Source: Paraglomus brasilianum (Eukaryota). Taken from it: DNA of 47,614 nucleotides. Below, piece by piece: positions 36,528 to 47,614 of this stretch. Within the stretch, counting starts at the first letter, position 1. Each line of letters opens with the position of its first letter. The notes below the pieces were generated by a model, which saw only the letters and a program-made list of their open reading frames with translations, made no database searches and was not told where the DNA came from. The stretch covers positions 1-47,614 of the forward strand of contig CAJVPI010000161.1 in the NCBI GenBank assembly GCA_910592345.1, given 5' to 3'. Made by a program: the position numbers and the translations under genes.

Positions 36528-39500
36528 TAGAAGAAACATATTTATAAAGTTTGTTTTAAATTTTTATAAGGTATTTTTTGCATTTTTTTCTCAAATTTAA
36601 CTGTTGACTGATGTTGAAGAATGTCTCATCAGTTTTGACTTGCTTAACTTTTCTTTGCTTTTTACATATTGAAAAGAATGAGACTAAATAAATAAAGAGA
36701 CATTTAATGTCTGAGCTTATAGGATAAAAATGGGTTAATCTATAAATAAAAGGGTTTTCAACACAATTGCAAACTACATAATCAGTAACTATAACACCAA
36801 GATCATAACTGCCCAAATATTATGTTTTTCAATAGTTTATATTTAGGTACCTTTAATACAGTAATATACAACCTTGCTATGTATGATGAAGCATAACTAT
36901 GTATTTAGAGAAATACATACTACAAGTGTTCATTAGGTTAAAATAGTATGATATGCAATAAAACCTGTGTAGTAGTAGTAGTAGGCACACAAAACTTTAT
37001 AACTTAGTTCTATTTTAAAGACATCAATAGGACTATTCAGATACAAAAGATCAGAGTAAAGTTTGTTATATTATAAAATAGAATCATGTATGAGATGAGC
37101 TCTTTCCTGCTTTTGATTTGAGAATAAACAGATCTAACCAGTGACTCTAAATATTATGCAATAATTGCGGATTATAACATGGGAACTCTTCAGTATGCAT
37201 CACCAAAGAGTAAGATAATATTAGATACACAGTTTGTAGAGATCCTGTCCTCAAGACATTGGGTATTCAAGACCTTTTTCCCTTATGTGATTAGAAATAA
37301 AAACCACGTTCTCAACATACAGTGGAAGAAATAAAGTTTTAATAGATGATATCTTCAATGTTACTGGCAAGTATTATGTAAAGTCATTCCTTTGAATCCT
37401 CAAGGCATTATGCAAGTTATCCTGTAAATGATCAATGGACTTCAAATCTGGCGATTGATCAAGGCCTAAACCCCTGTGCTGTGTGAATAGGACATATCGT
37501 GCTAAAATGGTAAGATTAGCATTAAAGCTTTGAATGAAATAAAAGGTAAAACATTGTCATTCAAAATGTCTATGTAAGGCTTCAATGGGTACTAAAAGCA
37601 TGCCAATTATTTATTACAATTGAAGCTGATCTAAAAACCATCCACACAGAACAGACTTTCTTCAACTTTAACTTCCTCTGTCAGTGTATATACTTGCATG
37701 GAAAGGAGATTAATATTTGCAGTTCAATATTCTAATAGATAATCACTGACTGATTATATGATTGTTAAGCAGTGATAGTGAGAGTGATGGCAGAATAACC
37801 ATATAAAAATTATATTAGAAGCTCTCCAAGAAGCCAGATAATACCAATCAGGTAAATATTTATAATAATTATGAAATTATTGACCTTACAGTAATATCTA
37901 GACGAATTAATTAAGCTCCAAAAACCTGGAAACCTTGACAATAATCGGCTTAACAAAATAATTCTGCAACTGATGACAAACATGTGCCCTCTAATATGCA
38001 GCGGCGGCTTGATAAAAAACTTTAAACCGTAATTTACTAAGTCATTATAAGTTGATCTAATATTGAAAGTAATATAGAACTAACCAAGCGCTGAATTCGT
38101 CATTAATTACTGTATACTTAATATCATACATCGTCATTTAATAGTCAATACTATGCAAACCATGCGATATCACTCAATTAAATGACACTTTGCTCATATC
38201 AAGTCTAATGCTTAAGTGATAGCTTAGCCTTCACGACTGACTGATGAAATTATTTCCTCTATTTTTGAAATATTGCGCAGACTATCATCTTGTGAATATA
38301 TTAGAGTCATACTACCATTTGACTATTTTGTTTTTCAGTGGAACGCACAAACTTCTAATGAACTAACGCTGAGCCTATTTTTTGTAGAACATGTTTTATA
38401 TATTTTAAAGACTTTATCTTGTGTTTTTGTTAATAATTGTTTCGACGTTTGCATGTCTGACAAAAGTTTCGTGATCGAGTTCAAATCATGAGTTGTTTTA
38501 TCGTAAGAATGTAGTTTGACACATTTAGTTCGGTCAGTTCAGATGTATTAAGCTAAAGATGCAAATTTACAATTTTTTTTGTTATTTTAAATCATTATAA
38601 CACTAGTCCACAATAGCGTTTATAGTATCGACCAAAAAACAGAAGCCTCTATATTGCAATCCCTATTTAGCTAGTCGATCACAACTATATTTGCAAGGGT
38701 CATAATGTAAACAACGCGTAAATCAATATACAATTTTTTTTAATTATACATTACGACTAATTAATAAAGTTAGAGTTTTAATCCGCTCATAAAAAATAGG
38801 ACCTAATGGAAATACTTTGTTAGAGCGGTTAATTAACTTGTTATTTATTGGTGATCAATTATTTAATAGCGCCCAAACGCACGTTTGTTAAACGTTTCGA
38901 AATAAGCACAATTTATACCTTTACAATGCAGCCTAGGCTAGCAACGCAACGTCATTGCACATTTACAATGCTATGACAATTGCTTTTAAAGTTTCTAATT
39001 ACAGTTTGAACGTGAACATACGATAAGGTCTAAATAGTCCAAGCAAAGTCTGTCAATTACATCAAAGAATAAGCTATAATTTATACGCTCAATTGAATAT
39101 CATACTGTATACGCTAATCAATATGAGCAATACTTTGAAAAATATAATTATCTTAATTTACTGTAAATATGACGTATATTTAAATTATTGTAAAGCTTAT
39201 TGAATGATATTCAAACTTATGTACAGCTAAGCTAGAATAACAAAACCAGGCAATGTTAAACTATAGTCCGTAATGAGACTTGTGAATCAAACAATTTATT
39301 GACATTTGTTTGTTGTGGTATAACAATGAAATAATTACTGCCTTTATAAGATTAGAATGTTACTGAAACAAGTGAAATATTAAACGTAGACATTGTATTC
39401 CCTATCACTATTTATTGCTGTTTGACCATTATTACAAAATTGTGATGGCAAGCGGCCATCACTGCTTACAACCTTTCATTAACTGATAAGAATATTCACC

Positions 39501-40428
39501 AGCTATCATTAATTTGCCTTTTGCTTGTTATTGACTTAGCTAATTTTCGTTTCTTTTGGCTTAAACATCAGCTGTTAACTACAGACAGAATCTAATTAAA
39601 TTAGTCCAAAAACACTTTTTAACCCCAGTACTAGCATTCTATATCTAGTTCTTATGCCTCTGTTTTTATAAAAATAATGCTCACAACAACAAGTTCTCAA
39701 ATTTTGATCCTCCGGTTAAATAAAGACTACATAATATGAGAGTTGACAGCTTTACAGAAAACAAAGATATCTTTGCTAATATTAGATATAGTCCTAAATT
39801 CTGGTCAATAATTAACTAGCTCTAAGTGCATTTTTTGTGAAGCTTTGTTTGTTATTAAAGATAAAAGAAGCAATCCAAATGGACAGATTGCATTACTCAT
39901 TACTGTCCTAAATATAAATAGAACCTTTTGTGTTTGTAACAGTTTATATAGCCGCCTTGATTGTACAAACTATATAACAAGTATGCTAATTTTTCAGTCT
40001 TATTCTGCTAGATTTACTGTCACTATATAATCAATGAAAGCCAAGGTTATAAATAGGCTAAGAAAATGTTAGAAAAGGTTATAATAATAACGGGCGAAAA
40101 ATCTCAAGAAACAAAGAGAAACCAAAAACTGCAAAGCAAATGTTTCAATGTAGTGTGTTATAGGGTAGGGGAAGCGGATGAGATTAATGAAAGATTTGTC
40201 TTACACCGTTGAGTAACGAAAGATTTCTCTATGTATGTATAAGCACTTGTTTCAAACTACTACGGGTTACAAAATCTAGACAAAGTCTACGATTACACAC
40301 TACAGAACACGAATTTTTATTGGCAATCAATCACGTGCAAATCGAATTGGTACTATATAATGGATTTTGTAACCCGTTGGTACAGCTTTATAATTGCTTA
40401 TAGAACTTCGGACCCAAACGCCCAAGCA

Positions 40429-41564
40429 ATGTGTAGATACTTCCCAGCTCTTGTGCTGCAGAATATTTTTACTCATGTTCAGCATACTGGTAGTCAACTT
40501 GACTTGTTCTCTTGCATGCTTGTGAACAGACACTGGTGTAGGAATGTTATCTCATATTATTGGTGTGAAGTTATCTCTAATCCAACCCAAGTAGAAACAA
40601 TCATATCACTGCTAACACCTGAGGATAGGAAATTAATAGACATTGACTTGCCAGAAGCAAAAATACCACCAGCATTTCCATATCCTTCTTTCCTGAAGAC
40701 TCTTGATATAGGGGACCTTTACCAAACAATTGGAACATGGCTAGTACAGCATTATCAAACAGACTATTACCATGAAACGGACATTTGCAATTACAGAAGA
40801 CAGATTGCTTTTGCAATATTACTTGTATACTTGAGATATTCACCAACTATTCAAAAGTTGGTTATTGAGGAAGATGTAGATGATGAGCATAGAATTCTAC
40901 TTGAGGATATGAGAATACAGTCAGGGGCTGATGTGTTACTACTGTGTCAGCACCCTATACGTCCACTATTTAAGAATGTGGAGATATTGAGGATTTCTTC
41001 CAAGTCTTATACATTTGATTTACTGAATAGCTTGGCTGATACATGCCATAATGTGGTAAGCTAAGTAATAAATTTTGATAAATTTGAATGTTTTTACTCA
41101 AATATTAATATGTTGGAATTTACCTAATGTATGCTATCTTTTAGGTTAATTTACATTTGTCGTTTTTATCTACTGACTTTATTCCTCAAAGTGATATGCT
41201 TGCACTTAGACGATTGATTGCTTCACAGAAGAAATTACAAAAATTCTCTTTTGAACCACCTTTGCATATGGTACCCCATTATTTTAAGATTGTTTATAAA
41301 GCATTGTATAATCACGCTAGTTCTCTTAATCACCTTACTTTTATATTTATTGATTCTGACCATTGTGACGCTTTTGAGGGCATTTCAAAACTTGTTAATC
41401 TGGAAACAATAGAATTAGTCATGTGTGATCTTTTTCAAAAAGTTGTGGAGCCTCTAGTATCTGCCAACTTACCAAAACTTATAACAGTGAATATGATAGA
41501 TTGTGTATCATGTTTTGAATTAGAGAATTGGAGAAAAAGAATTGTAGAAAAAAATGGTGTTTAG
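40429..41564 (+). CDS. F-box/LRR-like protein, 2 exons (40429-41055, 41145-41564)
   Basis: F-box FPALVLQNIF...DLFSCMLVNRHWCR and motif FPYPSFLKTLD. A GTAAGC donor and TTAG acceptor join in frame. Confidence 0.87.
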
Positions 41565-41753
41565 GTGTGTTTTATTTGCCAACTTGGTTTTATGATTGAT
41601 TTTAAATAGAACTCTTATATATTGGTTTATACATTACTTTGCTATACTGTGCATTATTGTTGAATAGTAAAGAAGTGTACTTTTTTTTTTGCAATATTTA
41701 TTGCTTATACAATTTTTGTGGCTAAAGCTTTCTCAATAAACAAATTGAAATAT

Positions 41754-42910
41754 TTAGGTTCTCCTATTAAATAAGCTTGCCTTGATGACTTTCTCAACAA
41801 TGCGAAAAGTCAAACTGACTCTAGTTCCCCTTTCAAGATCTCCTACATCCTCCACAGCATTAATTATATTTTTCTCTGATAAAACATCCTTGCTTCTTTC
41901 TTCTATTCCATGCAAATAACTTTTGTAAAGATCATCTTGAAGTACTAAGAGACTGTTAGGAAACATATGTTAATATCCATATATGACAGAATAAGACATT
42001 CATAAAACACTCACCTTCTTGGCTTAATTAGCAGAGAAAAGACTAGAGAATTTGAATCCATATTACCCTTGTCTGCATTTTGATAACGATGGTTATAAAA
42101 ATCCAGCACTGTATGTGATCCAAGAGAAACCGTTGCAACTGTTGGATAATAGGATGGACCATCTTCATGCGGCTAAACATGCTGATGTGAATATCTTATT
42201 CCAATACTGAATTGCACTTTTTTCTTTTTTTGCATACCATAATTCCTTGACCACTGATATATTCATTTACCAGGCAATGATTTGGAAGCTTATGGGCTGC
42301 ACATTTATCAAACACTTTGAGAAACGCCAGCCTTGGAAAAACAGGCTCTGTTAACCATGATGGTAGTGGTTCAGAGAGCATGCCCCTATCTTTTGGTATT
42401 CCACCTTAGTTGAAAGGAAAAATAATGTAACGTGCTAATTAGAATAAACTATGTCTAGAAAATTTGATGTAGCCTCTGGAAGGCAACCATAATTGAAGCT
42501 ATAAGCTCACCCCAGTTTTGGAGCCTAGTTGGTAGAAATGCTTGATAAATACATACATATTAATATTAACATAGACAAACTGATGATAGTGGACACTTAA
42601 CTGACCTTCTGTTCTTTAACGTGACCCATTTCGGTTTTGGGGCCGCATAAACCTATTGAATTATATAAATCAGAACGATACGACACATTGCCTATATTGT
42701 TCTTTAACGAGCAATCAAACGCACTTTGTCTAAGAGAAGCTTCTCTTCATCAACGCTAATATATTCCTCTATGTAGTAAGCACTCGGTGGTGCTGACTGG
42801 ATTTGAAATGTGGATAGATCTATAAATCTGCAAAGCGTTAAGATAATTAAATCGCCATTTATATAGGACTGATGTTAACAGCTTATGACTCACTGTGTGC
42901 TGTCAATCAT
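41754..42910 (-). CDS. ALKBH6: AlkB homolog 6 (Fe(II)/2-oxoglutarate dioxygenase), 7 exons
   Basis: Exons 42910-42894, 42827-42725, 42652-42606, 42524-42511, 42404-42238, 42172-42015 and 41952-41754. Motifs APKPKWVTLKNRRLQNWGG, NHCLVNEY..GQGIMPHEDGP.YYPTV, YLHGI, RGTRVSLTFR. Confidence 0.93.
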
Positions 42911-43730
42911 TATTATTATATCCAACAAAGACGATGCATTAACATCTAGTATGTTTGTCAATAAAGGAACGTTAATCAACCAATCAAATACTGCAACATG
43001 AAGATTCTACATTAGAGAATGTGCCCCAACAATTAAAGACAATACAACACCAAACTAACAACACCAAACTACTGTTTGTCGCCAAGTGTAACAAATGACT
43101 TCTTCTTTCCAGCAGTGACGAATTCTGGAATTTGCTATTTCAAAAGTCTGTTACTCGTAAAAGGAGTTAGTTAAATCAGAATTATAAGATTATAGCTTTC
43201 GATTTTAAAGAAATTGCATTAGCATATTCTTTACTACCAGAACTATACAGCCAAAGTGCTATTTGGAAACATTGATTCCTAGACAGAGAGACAGAATGCG
43301 TATCCTATTGCAAGGGAAATGAATCCAAGCTAATAACGTTATCTATAGAAATCTTTCTTCAATACGATAATGCGAATGAACGGTGATAGAAGATCACTGG
43401 AACGGGCGTGTGAACAATTGGTAGGAACGAACGGAACACTTCAATACATTATTCTGCATTTGTTAATCATATATGTACAGTCATTTATGATACTGCATTT
43501 CCTTTATTACGCTCATTCGCTTGAATGGCAACTTGTTTAAGGGTCATGTTTACATATATGCCTACTCCTAAGCATAATCACGCAAACTATCGGGTCGGTT
43601 CCCTTTTGCAAATACTCGTGATCACTTTCCTTCAGAAGCCACTCAAGTGATCGGGACTTATTGATCAAGACATTGATCGAGGCATGTCTTTCGTTGTACG
43701 CTTGCCAGAAGCTTCGAAATTGAGCATTCC

Positions 43731-44138
43731 TTACTTCTTGTTATCGACAATTTCTGGGGGTGGACTGGATAACTTCCTTCCCGCAGCTTCTTCTGTGCAA
43801 TGGTACAGTTGCTTTAGTTCTTTTATACATTTTTCCGGATCTTTTTGATTCTTCTGTAGGCAGTTGTCAAACGCTGCAATGACTGAACTGCATTTGGCTT
43901 TGACACGTTTTAATTCCGTCACACTTTTGAATTAAATAATTAGTTAGCCGGAAGATAACCAAAGTTAGGCCAGATATATGACAGAGAGGGCATACTTCTC
44001 TTCAGCACATTTATTAAGTTCGCTCCTAAATTTCAAACAAGCAACGCCCCAATCCTGAGGATTATTCTCTATGCAGCGTTGATAGGAATCAAGTTGCTGG
44101 CTGCAATGTTTGACAACTTCTTCCAGCGTCTGATCCAT
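43731..44138 (-). CDS. MIX14: Mitochondrial intermembrane-space protein with four CX9C motifs (MIX14/CHCHD5-like), 2 exons (44138-43996, 43923-43731)
   Basis: CSQQLDSYQRC, CLKFRSELNKC, CSSVIAAFDNC and CIKELKQLYHC; a GT-AG intron joins the exons in frame. Confidence 0.85.
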
Positions 44139-44263
44139 GATTAGCTATCAGTATGCTTACAGTCCGAACCCAAGAACTGCAGTTGTCGTGTTATGTATTG
44201 GTCCACTCGATCTGTTTCTGATAATCGAGTACCAAGAAAACGATAATTTTTTATTTTGCGATC

Positions 44264-44277
44264 TTATCACGTGATAA
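44264..44277. promoter_or_regulatory. 14-bp palindrome TTATCACGTGATAA (E-box) upstream of the MIX14-like gene
   Basis: Perfect palindrome ~126 bp upstream of the ATG at 44138. Confidence 0.5.
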
Positions 44278-44569
44278 AATAACAAATTAGTAACGGAACT
44301 TTTATTCACGAGGTGCTCGCTAAAGCAGAGGAAGAGAATAGCGAGGATTTATGGTATGGAATAAAATTAGTAAATGCCGAAAATTATCGCAGACCCGTGA
44401 CTGTAAGCCACACCCAAGATTTTTGATTTTCTACCTTGCGAAGATTATGGTTTAGATTTGCTTTGATCTAATTTATTGCTACTTGAGACAGTCTAGTTTC
44501 GCGGTAAATTGGTTGCTGATGGTATAAGTAATTATTAATGAATTTTTTTTTTGTTTTTCCATTACAAGG

Positions 44570-45140
44570 AAATCGTACTTCACTGATTCGTTGCAATCAC
44601 AAGGGCGCTTATGTTTGTCGTTCGATTCTTTGAGAACAGAATAGGTAAGCACTGGCACACCCGAAAGGTTGGTCGGCCTTTGTGTTTGTTCAGTTCCCAA
44701 TAGTATTTTGATCCAGCTTCAATCAAAAATTACTAAAGTGTTTACAATACGATGGAAAGTATTTTTGACTGATCTATTTCATGTAGTGGCATCTCAACTA
44801 GTTCATCACTTAATGCAATCGTGACCGAAATTGAACATGGTTATGTTCTTTTTCTTCTTCCTCTTGAAATGCACAGCAACAAGGAGATCACCTAATTCAT
44901 AGATAAGTTTTTCATTTTCTCTTTCACTTTCTATCAACTGATTCGAGTCATCCGGCGGTTCATAACTTATTGTATTTTCAATAGTAGGGCCTTTATTCAT
45001 TGAAACTTGTTTTTTCTATGCAGAGAACGATTACATAATGCCCATGGACCAGTTTTTGTGTCGCGAGTTCTCATAAAATCATCGATCAGCCTCGTTACTC
45101 TACAACGCGTGCACGTTTTTGTTTCAGGAAAATCTATAAA
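44570..45140 (-). pseudogene. Decayed zinc-finger protein, probably the N-terminus of a MULE-like transposase
   Basis: CTRCRVTRLIDDFMRT...ALCNR, then after frame breaks LIEAGSKYYWEL...GCASAYLFCSQRIERQ...QRISEVR, with stops. The family call is from recall of Glomeromycota transposase-like proteins. Confidence 0.5.
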
Positions 45141-45149
45141 CAGGATATA

Positions 45150-46140
45150 TCATTGCTAGCTAATAAAATTACTATTGGAACTGGATATAAGTAATAATGT
45201 AGAATTAAGTGAATTTATTCTTTACAATAACTTATTTCCTTCAATAGATATTAGTTATTTTCTCATTTGAAAAAGATAAAAAATTTATGTTTTGGGAACT
45301 TTTCTCCTGTCAGCAGTAATAAACTACAATCTAATTTTCTTACTTCAAAGCTTTAAAGATTTTGAAGACTGGGAAGAATTTATCTATTAATAACACCATG
45401 CAATGTTGGCAAGGGGTTAGAATATTTGTCTAGTGATAAAATTGATGCTGGTTCATATTAATATTGTCTAATGACTGGAAAATTATAATAGAAGATTGAG
45501 ACCATTACTTAAGAATTGCCCACAACTTAATCAATTAAAAAAGATTGAAAATATTAGTTGTCCGAATTTAATGACTGAATTTTCTTATAATAGTGAATAG
45601 CCATGTGGTTCCTAAAGAAATAGATCCATTAGAAGAGCTTTTATTGTTATAAAATTCTTGCTGATTCTGATAATTATTCTTTGGATGATTTATTAAAATT
45701 AGGTTTTGAAGGGTTGGGCAAGACTTAAGAGAAAAGATTTGTGACTTAAGATTACAGAAAATAAATCAAGAATAAAAAGACTATTTAAAGGAAAAAGGAT
45801 ATTTAGATGGAGAAAATAAACATAAAGATACTGAAGGTATGGATAAAGCAAGTGAAGATGGAGAAACTATCTTTTCCCAATTAAGCAGAAATTAGCTGAA
45901 TTAATTGTGGAAGCCGAGCAATCTTTACAAAACAGTGATTAGATAAATTAGAAAAAATATTAACCAAAATTAAAACTCATGTTCATACTGATGCTTATAA
46001 GGATAAAAAAATTAATTAATAAGTTAGAACAAGAATTAATCAGCAATCAGAAAATAATAAAGATAAACCATTAAGTTATCCTCTTGTTTTTGGTGTTCTA
46101 GCAGGATTATCAGGTTTATTGGTTTTAGTTTTTAGTTAAT
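45150..46140 (+). pseudogene. Decayed intronless LRR / tail-anchored protein sequence resembling Mollicutes-related endobacterial genes
   Basis: Frameshifted pieces LELDISNNVELSEFILYNNLFPSIDISYF/SHLKKIKNLCFGN, LSINNT/NVGKGLEYLS, KNCPQL..ENISCPNL and a terminal KDKPLSYPLVFGVLAGLSGLLVLVF. Very A/T-rich with almost no CpG. Confidence 0.6.
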
Positions 46141-46887
46141 GTTATGAGCAAATAAAATCTCAAGTGACGTCACAGGTTTACTATTCACTTTGTCTGGCAC
46201 GCTCCGTATAAAAGAAATATGTAAACGAGCAAACATAAGAAGCATGTTGAGCTGGATATTCAATTGACTTTTACAATATCATATACTTGAATCTACCGTT
46301 ACGCTCCCAATGATGTTAACATATGCGTTGATTAGTTCTTATATTTCATATATTCGGTACGATTTTAATACCAGTAATCGTGTATAATGGAAATACCTTT
46401 TCAGCAAAATTGGTTCCTTCAACACGTGGTATTTAGATACAGATACAGATGAGATAATTGAAATGTTTAATGTTTTGACACGTGTATTTGATGTTTATGA
46501 CGACCATATTAATACGCAACACTCTAAAAAATACTTTCGAACACAATACATATAAACAGTATCATCCAAACTGCCACTCTCGCATTCAACCAACCCCCCA
46601 ATTCTTGATTTTACTATTATTAAATATTTGATGATAATCTTGGGAAGTTATCGTAAGCGCAATGGAACACATTATGAAAGTCCAGCAATCATCTCATGTG
46701 TCGTTATTCCTGCTAGTTAGTGTGCCGCATGTGATAAACTCGTACCAAAATTCCCCCATCTATCATAGACTTCTTCAGTGCTCTTGACTATAGTAGGTAC
46801 ATATCAGTATATTGGTCGTCCGACACTGGCTGCCAAGAGGTGCAAATCGTTTGAACTTGTGTTTTAGTAAGCAAACTAACTCGTATA

Positions 46888-47614
46888 TCAGTTTATTGGA
46901 CCTCTGTGACTGACAATTGGTTGCGAAGCATTTGAACTTGTGATGTCGTCGTTCTGAGCAGGCGAACCTCGTATATCAGTATATTGGACATCTGTGGATG
47001 GAACGTCCGATAGTTGACTAATAGAAGGTTGCAAAACATTTGAACTTGTGGTGCTATCGTTCTGAGCAGGCGAACTAACTTGCATGTCAGTAGATTGGAC
47101 CTCCGTTGATGTAACATCCGACACTTGACTAATAGAAAAACGCGAAGCATTTGAACTTGTGGTGTTATCGTTCTGAGCAGGCGAACCAACTTGTATATCA
47201 GTATATTGGACTTTTGCGCACGGAACGTCCGACACTTGACTAATAGAAAAACGAGCAGGCGAACCAACTTGTATATCAATATATTGGACCCCTGTGGACG
47301 GAACGTCCGACACTTGCATAATAGAAGGTTGCGAAGCATTTGAACTTGTGGTGTCATCCTTCTGAGCAGGCGTACTAACCCGTATATCAGTATATTGAAC
47401 CTCTGTGGACGGAACGTCCGACAGTTGACTAATAGAAGGTTGTGAAGCATTTGAACTTGTGTCATCATTTTGAGCAGGCGAACTAATTCGTATATCAGTA
47501 TATTGGACCTCTGCGGACGGAACGTCCGACAGTTGATTAATAGAAGGTTGCGAAGCATTTGAACTTGTGGTGTCATCATTCTGAGCAGGCGAACTAATTC
47601 GTATATCAGTATAT
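46888..47614 (-). repeat. 111-bp (37-aa) tandem repeat, ~6.5 units, open reading frame running off the window edge
   Basis: Unit YTDIRISSPAQNDDTTSSNASQPSISQLSDVPSTEVQ. The frame is open from 47613 to the stop at 46888, and internal indels are multiples of 3. Confidence 0.85.

Noticed and set aside
37090..37800. Possible decayed coding sequence (e.g. DQWTSNLAIDQGLNPCAV)
   Set aside because: Too fragmented to assign a frame or family.
39442..39462. Hairpin GTGATGGC-N5-GCCATCAC as a Helitron end or terminator
   Set aside because: No CTRR at the expected distance, and intrinsic terminators do not apply to this eukaryotic locus.
46893..47579. 228-aa ORF (MMTPQVQMLRNLLL...) as a separate gene
   Set aside because: Shadow frame of the 111-bp repeat; the S/T/Q/D-rich frame looks more protein-like, though this is not proven.

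Overview
Eukaryotic, AT-rich, intron-rich fungal nuclear DNA. The gene content (TKL-type kinase with CxxC/'WTSGN' modules, F-box/LRR family, Sel1 and 'DLNKSLEIEP' TPR relics) points to Glomeromycota (arbuscular mycorrhizal fungi); this taxonomic call is an inference. Spliced genes rebuilt by hand: molybdenum cofactor sulfurase (9 exons, one GC-AG intron), three paralogous two-exon F-box/LRR genes, a SETD9-like SET protein, a multi-module protein kinase, a CapA/PGA_cap-family metallophosphoesterase with one apparent frameshift, ALKBH6 and a four-CX9C MIX14/CHCHD5-like protein. Intergenic DNA holds a TIR-bounded but frameshifted Tc1 (DD34E) element, a 233-bp MITE with a CTAG target duplication, mariner, MULE-like and KRBA2/Ginger-like relics, two decayed kinase duplicates, a 76-85-bp satellite-like array, a ~2-kb inverted duplication and a coding 111-bp tandem repeat at the right edge. 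Most notable is ~1 kb (45150-46140) of decayed LRR plus tail-anchor coding sequence resembling proteins of Mollicutes-related endobacteria, a possible endosymbiont-to-nucleus insertion. No rRNA, tRNA or CRISPR was seen, and no clearly new multi-gene system is proven. All family calls come from recognising motifs; no database search was run.
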